The position numbers and the translations under genes were made by a program. From Squalus acanthias (Eukaryota): 64,000 nt of DNA. Below, piece after piece: positions 38,101 to 51,000 of this stretch (the stretch's first letter is position 1; every line of letters begins with the position of its first letter). The notes under the pieces were generated by a model. It was not told where the DNA came from. It ran no database searches and saw nothing but the letters and a program-made list of their open reading frames with translations. Where the stretch lies: NCBI GenBank assembly GCA_030390025.1, contig CM059432.1, positions 4,588,001 through 4,652,000 on the forward strand, given 5' to 3'.

Positions 38101-41100
38101 GTCACCAATAAATCCAATAGGGAATTCAGAAGAAACTTCTTTACCCAGAGAGTGGTGAGAATGTGGAACTCGCTACCACAGGGAGTGGTTGAAGCAAATA
38201 GTATCGATGCATTTAAGGGGAGACTAGATAAGCGTATGAGGGAGAAGGGAAGAGGGTTATGCTGATAGATTTAGATGAGGAAAGACGGGAGGAGGCTCGA
38301 GTGGAGCATAAACGCCGGCACGGACTGGTTGGGCCGAATGGCCGGTTTCTGTGCCGTATATCCGATGTAATCCTTCGAAATAGTGGCCATGGGATCTTTT
38401 ACGTCCACCTGAGAGCACAGACGGGGCCTCAGTTTAACGTCTCATCCAAAAGACGGCACCTCCGACAGTGCAGTGCTCCCTCAGCACTGCCCTGAAGCAT
38501 CAGCCTAGATTTTTGTACTCGAGACTCTGGAGTGGGACTTGAACTCACAACCTTATGACTCAGAGGTGAAAATGCTACCCACCGAGCCACGGCAGGTTTA
38601 TGATTTGTACATATGAAAAATAACACAGAAGCACAGCAGTAAATTCCCGCGAGTGGAGACGAGAGCTCCAGTCTCCGAATGCTGACTTGACATCCAGTGG
38701 GATGTGCGGGGCAGACAGGAACAGAGTAAACTCTTCCCCCAATCCCATTGCAACCCCAGCAAGCAGGAGATTGGGGCTCTGGCCTCTTGAATACTGGGCT
38801 GGCGTCTAATGGGGTACTCGCATCCAATGGGAGTGGAATGGCCAATGGCCATTGTATCTGGACAGTCCTGCCAGTAAGGAGTGGCCAGACTATTGAGCTG
38901 TCCACATAAAAAGGGCCTGCATTATGTAAACGATCAAGAGTACGATCTACTGGATGTAAAAGCAGTACAAGAAATGGGTTGTCTTTTGTTCCGGTAAGCA
39001 TGGTAGAGAAAGAAGAGCGCCATAAAAACATTGTTTATTGTTGAACTTGGCAACATCAAATTTCGCTAAACATTCCGAACTATTTAACCCTTCCTGAGCA
39101 TAACTGGCAGAAATCATTGCCAAGGGCTTGGGGCAGGGATTAAGAGCAGTTAAGTGGCCCACCTGTTGATTCGGTTGAATCAGCAACAGGACATTAATTG
39201 TCCACTTCTTTAACGTCACCGAGTCTTGCAGCTCAATCTCAAAGGTCCGTTGTTCAGGAATAATGTAGAGGTAACGAGTTGCATACAAAGAGCCATCGAG
39301 CTTCAGAGCAAAATCTGGATCACTGGTGCTGATTTGCAATGTGCCCTTGTGGCAACGTTCTAAATCCACTGTTGAAGAAAAAAAGGACATGTAGGGCGAA
39401 TCAGTAAGAGCATGGTTATTTTTTAATTCAGGTTTCATTGTATATGATGCATCTGAAGACTGCTAGAAATACATCCTCAAAAGGTGTTCTTCACTACAGT
39501 GTGCAACTTAGCTAAACAGTAACACAATGTCAAATAAAACATGAAAGGAATAGACCACGACGATAGCAAAATACTGCGGATGCTGGAAATCTGAAATAAC
39601 AACAGAAAACGCTGGAAAAACTCAGCAGGCCAGGCAGCATCCGTGGAGAGAGAAAGAGAGTTAACGTTTCAGGTCGATGACCTTTCATCAGAAAGGAATA
39701 GACCAAGTATTCTTTTCGTAAGAATTAAGAGCAGGAGTGGGCCACACGGGCCCTTGAGCCTGCTCCGCCATTCAATCATGGCTGATCTTCGACCTCAACT
39801 CCACCTTCCTGCCCTGACCCTATATCCCTCAATTTCTCCTAGAGTCCAAAAAAAAAAATCTATCGATCTCAGTCTTGAATATACTCGACGACTGAGCATC
39901 CACAGCCCCCCCCCCACCCCCCCGGGCGTGGTGAATTCCAAAGATTCACAACCCTCCGAGTGAAGAAATTTCTCCTCATCTCAGTCCTGAATGGCCTACC
40001 CTTTATCCTGAGGCTGTGGCCCCTGGTTCTAGACTCCCCAGCCAAGGGAAACATTCTCCCAGCATCCACCCTATCAAGCCCTGTAATAATTTTGTATGCT
40101 TCAATGAGATCCCCTCTCATTCTTTTGAATTCAAGAGAATACAGGCCTTGTTTACTCAATCTCTTCTCATACCACAGTCCCGCCATCCCAGGAATCAATC
40201 TCGTGAACCTTCGTTGCACTCCCTCTATGGCAAGTATATCCTTCCTTAGGTAAGGAGACCAAAATTGTACACAGTACTCCAGGTGTGGTCTCACCAAGGC
40301 CCTATATAATTGGAGTAAGACATCTTTACTCCTGTACTCAAAATACAGGCTGTAAGACACCGTACACAGGGGCCCTGGTTAAAATACAGGCTTTACTCCC
40401 TGTACAACCAAGGACGATGGAACGCGCTGACGTGGGAGGCGTCGCTGGACACCCTCTCTTCTATCTTCTCTGAAGTCTGCTCCATGTGGCTTGGGGTTTG
40501 GAGGTTAACTTTCTTATACCTTTCTTCAATATGCATTCGTCACATTCCTCGTTTGATGGCTGTCTGAGCTTCGCTCCGTTTAGTTGATGATCGGATCATC
40601 ATCGTGTTCAAATCTCATGATCGGGTTCCATCTCTTCAGCTCTTTGCGACGGTGTCTTCCAGACAGGGAGCATTAACCCAGCGAGCATAATTACAATAGC
40701 CGACTCCGTAAGGCCATTAACAAATCTGGCCTTGTATAGTGTCTTACAGACAGAAAAGCATTAACTTAACAAGCACATTTATAACGGTCCAGGAAGCAAA
40801 GCCAATAACAAGATTGGCTCTTGTGGCTATTGCTTCAGTGAAGATATTAACCCTTTACAATGGCCCCTGCTGGTATGTGGATGGCCTTGGGTAACGGATG
40901 TGGGACTTGGAGGGGGGGGGGGGGGGGGGAAAAGACTTGCATTTCTATAGCGCCTTTTACGACCTCAAGACCCCAAAGCGCTTCACAGCCTATGAAGTAA
41001 ATGTAGCAACTGCTGTAATGTAGGAAACACGGCAGCCAATTTGCGCACAGCAAGCTCCCACAAACAGCAATGTGATAAGCACCAGATAATCTGTTTTAGT

Positions 41101-42031
41101 GATGTTAATTGAGGGATAAATATTAGCCCCAGGACTCCGGGGAGAACTCCCCTGCTCTTCTTCGAAATAGTGGCCCTGGGATCTTTTACGTCCACCTGAG
41201 AGAGCAGACGGGGCCTCGATTTAACATCTCATCTGAAAGACGGCACCTCCGACAGTGCAGCCCTCCCTCAGCACTGCACTGGGAGCGTCAGCCTAGATTT
41301 TTGTGCTCAAGTCTCTGAAGTGGGACTTGAACCCACAACCCTCTGACTCGGAGGGGAGAGAGAACTCCCCACTGAGCCACGGTATTTTCAGGATTGAATG
41401 GTTGATTGATTGATGTTAAAATAACATCGAAAAAAAATAACCATACTGGTTTTCTGAAATGCTTGCTATAATTTTGCTCTTCAAAAAAGGCAACAGTTTA
41501 ATTTCTTCTGTCTCCTTCTTGATCGGAAAACATCATTCTAGTTTTCTTTAAAATATGTTCAAACAATGGGGCTGAATCATGTTTAACTGAAAAAAAAACA
41601 CCCAAAAGCAATTTCAACCCAGCCCATTTTTCTGAGTTAAATCAAATCCCGATGTGAGTGAACATGTAGATCTTTGTGCACAACAGTAAAAGCAATTCTT
41701 TTGGGATTATCTGATCTGATCTAAAATACCTGTTTTTCTGGACCTTGTTAAACAACACTGATCCTCTTTTTAGAAGTGCTCAGAAGGGACCTAGGAGTTT
41801 CAAATTCCATGACCACTAATCAAAACTCACTCTCTCCACCTTTCCGCCACCCCCACCACACAAGAACTTGTATTTATACGGTGTCTTTAACGCAGTAAAA
41901 CGTTCCAAGGTGCTTCACAGGAGCGATTATCAAACAAAAATTGACACCGAGCCACATAAGGAGATATTAGGGCAGGTGACCAAAAGCTTGGTCAAAGAGG
42001 TCGGTTTTAAAGAGCGCCTTAAAAGGAGGGG

Positions 42032-42090
<59 letters not shown>

Positions 42091-45000
42091 ATTAGGGAGG
42101 GAATTCAAAGCTTAGGGCCCAGGCAGCTGAAGGCGCGGCTGTCAATGGTAGAGCGAAGAAAATCAGGAGGAGGTCAGAATTAACTAAAGCAACTCCATCG
42201 TTCAATCTCATTGCCATAGGCAGAGTTACTTTACCTTTTGAAATTACTTGATCTGCATTAATCAGACGACGCGGCACAGCGACAACAATAAAGTCGTTGA
42301 CACAAGCTTCTCCGAATCTTGTGAGCATCTATAAATATAAAATGCAATTTTAAGTCCACAGCTAATCAAACTTAACAGTGCAAAGTAAATTTTGAAACTA
42401 TGTAAATACAGGATTGGGAAGCAAAATGCAAGAAACAATGCACGAACTACCATTTTTGCATTAATTAAATATTTGGTACTAAAAAATTTTTTAATAAAGT
42501 GAATAAAAAGCTGCAAAATGCTGGAAATCAAATAAAAACAGAAAATTCTGGGAACAGCAGGCCTGGGCAGCATCTGTAAACAGCAAAGATTGGTTAACAT
42601 TTTCAGGCGTGAACCCTTCAAAACTAGTAACTGGGAAGCAGGAGAGCCCCTCAACAGTCTGGTTTGAGTGATCGGGCCTCAGATTCATGTTCCTAAACTC
42701 CTACCTCAACCAACTCCAAACTCAATAGGACGCCTCTTCTGCCACCCTTTATCTTTTTTGGTCAAGGAGGCTCTCCTTTCAGAGAAATCTACGGCACAGA
42801 AGGAGGCCATCCGGCCCATCGTGTCCGCGCCGGCCGAAAAAGAGCCACCCAGCCTAATCCCGCTTTCCAGCTCTTGGTCCGTAGCCCTGTAGGTTACGGC
42901 ACTTCAAGGGCATATCCAAGTATTTTTTAAACCGAGGCCCCGTCTACTCTCAGGTGGGTGTAAAAGATCCCACGGCACTATTTCGAAGAAGAGCAGGGGG
43001 AGTTAATCCCGGTGTCCTGGGCCAATATTTATCCCACAATCAACAGAACAAAAAAAGAGATTATCTGGTCATTATCACATTGCTGTTTGTGGGAGCTTGC
43101 TGTGCGCAAATTGGCTGCCGCGTTTCCCACATTACAACAGTGACTCCACTCCAAAAGTACTTCATTGGCTGTAAAGCGCTTTGAGACATCCGGTGGTCGT
43201 GAAAGGCGCTATAGAAATGCAAGTCTTTCTTTCTTTAAATGTGATGAGGGTTTCTGCCTCTACCACCCTTTCAGGCAGTGAGTTCCAGACCCCCACCACC
43301 CTCTGGGTGAAAAAAGTTCTCAACTCCCCTCTAATCCTTCTACCAATTAATTTAAATCTATGCCCCCTGGTTATTGACCTCGCTGCTAAGGGAAATAGGT
43401 CCTTCCAATCCACTCTATCGCAGCCCCTCAGCGCTTTATATGCCTCGATTAAGTCTCCCCTCAGCCTGCTCTGGTCCAAATTCTTTAAAATCTTCTTTCG
43501 GTCTCCAGCCATTCTTGATCCTCCTCAACCCCATCCCTTCATAGGCCAGTCAGTTGTCTCATCAAAAGCTGTCGCTAGGTTATCAGCCAATGTAGTTTCT
43601 TCACTCCCCTTACTCACCCTCTTGCTCTAAACATTTAACCGTCTAATCCCTCAATTCCAATACTTGCAAACCCACTAACAGAGTTGGCACAACAGTCATG
43701 GCAGAAGGACCTGAACATAGCCAAGTCTAAACACCAACAATAGGATTCATCCTCTCATCTCCCTCTGGATCCATGGTAGTTTGGACTACGAACCATTTCC
43801 CAGACCATCAGCCCGAGATTTTGCCTCCCCTAACATCTTCCAGTCTCAGTTCCTCAACACCGTACCCCATTTAAACCTCCTTCGCAAGATACAGAAACAA
43901 GACAATCCTGGCACACATTTGTAAGTTTGCTTCTGTCCCTCCAAACTACTCCCTTCTCAAGCCCACAGATTTCCACAACCACCTAGATTATGCTGCGTCC
44001 TGCACTACTTTGTGCAAAGACTCCATTTTCTTTCTCTACCCTGATGACTACTTCTGAACCAGAACTTCTGAAATCTAATTTTTCCTCAGCCAACTTTTTC
44101 CCCCACTCAGCTGTGATTGACAGGGTCCTTACCTTACTGTATTCTACCCCGTTTCCCCATTACTACGCTGTCTCTTGCTCCTCTCAGGCAAGGGTCCTCC
44201 TGGGTCCCGCCTTTCACCCACCACCCTCTGCGTCCACCAGGTCCTTTCCCACCATCTCCACTATAATGCCTCCACATCATCCTCTCTTTGCCTTCCAGAG
44301 GGATGACTCTTCAGGAAAACCTTATCCATCCTTTCACCACTCGGACTTCCAGCCACCCTTCACAGGCACGTTCCATTGCAACCATAGCTGGTGCAACACC
44401 TGGCCATTCACCTCTTCCTACATCATTGCCCAGAACTCAATCATTCCTTCTGTAGGAGATAGCAATTTACATCTACTTCCTTCCAAACTAGTTATACTGT
44501 ATTCACTGCACCCAGTGTGGCCTCCTCGACACGGAGGGGAGACCAAATACAGCTTTGAAAACTGCTTTGATGAAAACCTCCATTCGGTCATGAAGTGTGA
44601 GCTGAGGCTTCCCACATTAACTCTACAACTCCTATTCCCACTCCAGACTTCTCCACCATTGGCTTCCCACACCATTACCCACCACGCTCACTGCAGACTA
44701 CAGGAACAGTATCTCATCTTCATCCCAGGTACTTTGCAGCTCTTTTCTATAAACACTTGACTTAAAAACCTTCAGATTTTAAGCCAGCTCCTTCATTTTC
44801 TTTGGAGTAGGGGACGTCGAGGATGCACAGTGGGTCCTTCATCATGTGGGGAGTACATAGGAACAGGAGTAGGCCATTCAGCCCCCTCGAGCCTGGTCCA
44901 CAACAGAGGTATTACAAAATATTTGCAGCACAGAAACAGGCCATTCGGCCCAATGGGTATATGCCAGTTTTATGCTCCACATGAGCCTCTTCCCACCCCT

Positions 45001-48000
45001 ACTTCATCTAAGCCCATTGCTTTATCCTTCTATCCCTTTCTCACTCATGTGCTTACCCAGCTTCCCCTTAAATGCATTTCTGCTATTCTCACCCACTCCC
45101 TGTGGGAGCGAGTTCCAAATTCTCACCACTCTCTGGGTAAAGAGATTTCTCCTGAATTCCCTATTGGATTTATTAGTGACTATCTTATATTTATGATTTC
45201 TAGTTGTAGTCTCACCCACAAGTGGAAATACCTTCTCTACGCCTACCCGATCAAACCCTTTCATATAGTCATAACGGCACAGAAGGCCATTCGGCCCATC
45301 GAGTCCGTGCCGACTACCTGTAGAGCAATCCAGTTAGCGCCATTTCTCCGCTCTATCCCCGTAGCCCTGCAAGTTTATTTCCCTCATCACCAAGTTCCAG
45401 CTCTGATGAAGGGTTTATACTCAAAACGTTATCCTAACTTTTCTTTTTACACATGCTGACCGACCTGCATTTTCCAATTTCATTTAAAATTGGAGTGATT
45501 TAACATTCTTATTTAACGCACCGTGCAGACAAGACAATCTGGACAAACACGTGATCAATATACTTCACTTCTCTAACTTACAAACCTATTCAGAGTCCTA
45601 TAACGCAGCATTAGAAATATGTTTCAATCTTTCCATAACGTTTACCAGGGAAAAAAATGCATTCTGCTATTGGGAAAATTTTAAACTCTTCCACCATCTG
45701 ATCTGTTGAAACTAAAGAGCTCCATTTTTGGAGTTTACCTATTCAGATTTCTACAAGAAGTCAGCTTTTTAACCACAAAGAGTAGTTTGCAAGAGAACTT
45801 GGGAGGTTTTAAGAACATAAGAAATAGGAGCAAGAGTCGGCCATTCGGCCCCTCGAGCCTGCTCCGCCATTCAATAAGATCACGACTGATCAGATCTTGG
45901 CCTCAACTCCATTTTCCTGCCTGCTCCCCATAACCCTCGACTCCCCTGTTTTTCAAAAATCTGTCTATCTCCGCCTTGAATATATTCAATGACTCCGCCT
46001 CCACAACTCTCTGGGGTAGAGAATTCCAAAGTTTCACGACCCTCCGAGAGAAGAAATTCCTCCTCATCTCCGTTTTAAATGGGTGCCCCCTTATTCTGAA
46101 ACTATGCCCCCTAGTTCTAGATTCCCCCACGAGGAGAAACATCCTCTCTGCATCTACCTTGTCAACCCCCCTCCAGAAGCTTATATGTTTCAATAAGATC
46201 CCCTCTCATTCTTCTAAACTCCAATGAGTAAAGGCCCAACCTGCTCAACTTTTCCTCATAAGACAACCCCTTCATCTCAGGAATTAACCTAGTGAACCTT
46301 CTCTGAACTGCCTCCAATGCAAGTATATCCCTCCTTAAATAAGGAGGCCAAAACTGTACGCAGTACTCTAGGTGCGGTCTCACCAACGCCCTGTACAGTT
46401 GTAGCAAGACTTCCCTACTTTTATACTCCATCACCCTCACAATAAAAAGGTATTGTTCCGCTGAATGCGCCATAGATGTACAATTTAGGAATAATTAATT
46501 TCTTTATAGTTCAGTGATAAAGCAGGAATATATTTGTTTTAATAAATTTGAATAATGATGTCCTGGTAAATTCAAACAGATTCCAACATCCTTGTACTAA
46601 TTTATTGTTCAAGCAAACCAATCTTTAATTTTATATTAATTGTGGCCTTCAAGCCAATTTGTGGCCTATTAGTATATCCCCTCATAACCCTGAAATGTCA
46701 GATTCAAGATTGCAAAGTGACCAACTTCAAATGAATTCAGTCAAAATGTTTTCATAATCTTAAATTATGTTTAATCAGAATCTACCATCTTAATATAAAC
46801 TTCAAAATGTTTCACCTGTAGGAGAGAGAGAGAGACAAGTTCATGGTCACCACTAAGTGTGAAGGGATAAGGAGAGAAGAATTTGGAAAGTGTGCAATTT
46901 TAAATTTGCCATCTCTACTGCTGCCCGGGATTAATACAACACTGAGAAAAAATGTACAGCACAATGTTAAGCTTTTAATAATGAAATACCAGTTTGGTCT
47001 AGTCAATAAAATGGAGAATATTTATTTTCATTGTTGAATACGGTGACACAGAAGAAAGACAGACTTGCATTTCAATAGCACCTTTCACAACCTCAGGATG
47101 TCCCAAAGCGCTTTACAGCCAATGAAGTACTTTTTGAAGTGTAGTCACTGTTGTAATGTACGAAACACAGTAGCCAAATTGCACACAGCAAGCTCCCACA
47201 AACAGCAATGTGATAAAGACCAGATAATCTGTTTGTGATGTTGATGGAAGGATAAATATTGGCCCCAGGACACTGGGGATAACTCCCCTGCTCTTCTAAA
47301 TAGTAGCCATGGGATCTTTTACATCCACCCGAGTGTAGACGGGGCCTCGATTTAACGTCTCATCCGAAAGACGGCACCTCCGGCAGTGCAGCACTCCACT
47401 GTTGTGTCAGCCTAGATTTTTGTGCTCAATTCTCTGGAGTGGGACTTTCCAACCTTCTGACTCAGACGAGGGTGCTACCCACTGAGCCACGGCTGACACA
47501 GAAGGACACAATTCACTAAAAGCTAGTGCACGGGTAGAAAAAGAGGCTAACCGAATGTTGGCTTTTATCTCAAGGGGGTTCATAGAATCACAGAAATTTA
47601 CGGCACCGAATGAGGCCATTCGGCCCACCGTGTCTGTGCCGGCCGAAAAAGAGCTATCCAGCCTAATCCCACGTGCCAGCTTTTGGTCCGTACAGGGCAC
47701 AACACCTCAAGCGCACATCCAAGCACTTTTTAAGTGCAATGAAGGTTTCTGCCTGTACCACCCTTTCAGGTAGTGCGTTCCAGACCCGCCACCACCCTCT
47801 GGGTGAAAACATCTCCCCTCAACTCCCCTCTAATCCTTCTGCCAATTACTTTAAATCTATGGTTTGGAATAGAAAAAAGTGAGGAAGTGATGCTTCATGT
47901 TACTATGGTCAGACCTCAACTAGAGCACTGTGTTCAGTTCTGGGCACCGAAACTCAGGAAGGATATACTGGCCTTGGAGGGGGCACAGCGCAGATTCACC

Positions 48001-51000
48001 AGAATGATACCAGGGCATAAAGCGCTAAATTATGAGGACAGGTTGCACAGACTTAGCTTGTATCCCCTTGAGCATAGATGTTTGAGGGGTGATCTAATCG
48101 AGGTGTTTAAAATGATAGAGAGTCGATAGAGTAGATACAGAGAAGCTATTTCCTCTGGTGGGCGATTCCCAGAGGGCATAATCTTGTCATTAGAGCTAGG
48201 CCATTTAGGAGTGAAATCAGGAAGCACTTTTTCCTCACAAAGGGTAGTGGAAACCTGGAATATGCTTCGCCAAAAGGCTGCGAATGCTGGGTCAATTGAA
48301 ATTTTCAAGACAGAGATCGATAGATTTTTGTTAGGTAAGGGTATCAAGGCAAAAACGAGTAGATGAATTTAAGATACAGATCAGCCATGATCTCACTGAA
48401 TGACGGAACAGGCTCAAGGGGCTGAATGGCCTCCTCCGGTTCCTATTTCTTTTGATCTCCAAACACCACCCATAGGGTTTGAATGCGGAGGTTGGTGGAA
48501 GTGCTCCAAGAAGTATTTATGCTGTTCTCCATTATTGTAATTCTAGGTCAATTTTATCCTATCAGCAGCTTCTACAGAACAAATAAAAAAAATGACTAAT
48601 AAAGAACACAAAGCCAAGTGTAAACAGAAAAACCAGCTTTCCAGAAACAGGGCAATTTAAAAAGTAATAGAATTTTGCACTAAATTTAAGAAGGAAATAT
48701 TAACAGGAACATCTTAAAATAAATGTATTTTTCCAAGAAGCGAAATTTACTACCTCAGTAGAGTCCCACCGAATTTCTCGGCAGGCGTCATTGGCGACTC
48801 CGCCCGGGCGATAAGCCCTTTGCGTCCCGTTAGGGCCTGGGCAGAGGCGAATTTCGCCCCCTTCATTTTTAGCTAAGTTTATTTTTCCCTGTTTGAATTT
48901 AAGAATTTGGAAAACTGCAAAAGGAGGCGATAGCAAACCATAAAATAAACCCGAGCATACATATAGCTCTTTCAACCCATGCTAATTAATGTTTCCTGGG
49001 AGGGAAGTGCGTACATACGCACTCAACATGAAACAGTTTACAAAAATGCATACGTATTTTAAAAACTTGCATTTAGATAGCACTATTCACAGTATCAAGA
49101 CATTCCAAAGTGCTCTACAGACAACCAAGTGCCTTTGAAGTGCAGTCACTGTTGCAACATAGGAATGACGTACCTCAGACTCATAGAATGGTACAGCACA
49201 GGAGGAGGCCATTCGGCTCATCGAGTCTGTGCCGGCTCTTTCGAAGAGCAATCCAGTTAGTCCCACTCCCCCCCGCTCTTTCCCCATATCCCTGCAATTT
49301 TTTCTCCTTCCAAGTATTTATCCAATTCCCTTTTGAAGGCTACTGTTGAATCCCTATCAGGCAGTGCATTGCAAATCCTAACCACTGGTTGCATAAAAAA
49401 GTTTCTCCTCATGTCGCTTCTGGTTCTTTTGCCAATCACCTTAAATCTGTGACCTCTGGTCATCGACCCTTCAGCCATTGGAAACAGTTTCTCTTTGTTT
49501 ACCCTTCATGATTTTAAACAGACAGCATTTTTGAAATCTATGAAAGTTTGAAACTGCTTTGGCTTTTAAAGAGGGCAGCAAAAAATCCCAGCATCGAGTT
49601 AAAGATCTCTTAAGTTAGTCAGATAATCAGCATCTGTAGCCAATAAAAAAAAAAGTTTAAAACACTGCTTGGGAGCTATAGCAATCTACCGACAAAACAA
49701 GGTCCTCGAGAGCCAAAACATGCTGCAGATTATCGAGCATGAGATACATGCCCAAAGTGGAGTTCCTTCAATTTAAAGAAATATTAACTTAAAAGAAAAT
49801 TTCAGCAATTTCAGATTTTGTAAAAAATATAATCCAACTAAAATGATACAGTAAAAACGAATTAAACTGTGGGTGATAATTATTAATCATTTATTAACCG
49901 TTGGCAGAAAAAAAACTCTTAAAAAAATCAAGGTTATGCAATATATTGAACTATTTTATCATACTGGTGAGATGAGAGAAAATGGTCCAGCCCATATTAG
50001 TGGTAGTTCTAAAAATCTTCACAGAACTAAGAGACTAAAAAAATTGAAACTTAAGGAAATAAGTATCAGTATTTTTGATTGAAGAATTATTCAAACTAGA
50101 ATCACTTTACATCTAGTGTCCACACAAACTGAAACAAAATCTTAAAATGTCAAGCAACCAGGATATTGAGAGCGAAGATCAATAGCATTTGGAATCATGT
50201 CAGATGCACAGAATGGAGGGGCAGAACAAGTTAATTATGAATTCCACCAGTTCATATAAAAACACCAACACTTACTACATCTTGCACAATCGGACAAGCT
50301 ATACGATTCACAGGAATACCAAATCCCTGTACTAATTCTGCAATCCGCCTGTTTCCTCTGTTGTGTCAGCTGTGGCTCAGTGGGTAGCGCCCTTGCCTCC
50401 GAGTCAGAAGGTTGTGGGTTCAAGTCCCACTCCAGGGATTTGAGCACAAAAATCTAGGCTGAGGGAGAGCTGCGCTGTCGGAGGTGCCGTCTTTCAGATG
50501 AGACGTTAAACCGAGGCCCCGTCTGCTCTCTCAGGTGGACGTAAAAGATCCCATGGCCACTATTTCGAAGAAGAGCGGGGGGGGAGTTCTCCCCGCTGTC
50601 TTGGGCCAATATTTATCCCTCAATCAACATCACAAAAAAACAGATTATCTGGTCATTGTCACATTGCTGTTTGTGGGAGCTTGCTGTGCGCAAATTGGCT
50701 GCCGCGTTTCCCACATTACAACAGTGACTCCACTTCAAAAAGTACTTCATTGGCTGTAAAGTGCTTTCAGATGTCCGGTGGTCCTGAAAGGCGCTATACA
50801 AATGCAAGTCTTTCTTTTAAGACGTTCCTTAAAACCAACCTCTTTGACCAAGCTTCTGGTCACCTGCCCCAATATCTCCTTATGGGGCTCGGCGCCAATT
50901 TTTTGTCTGATAATCACTCCTGTGAAGTGCCTGGGGACGTTTTACTACATTAAAGGCACTACATAAATGCACGTTGTTGTTATTATAACTATAAATATAG

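Noticed and set aside
43990..44760. 256-aa ORF as a host gene
   Set aside because: It drifts across frames of a decayed Penelope GIY-YIG region.
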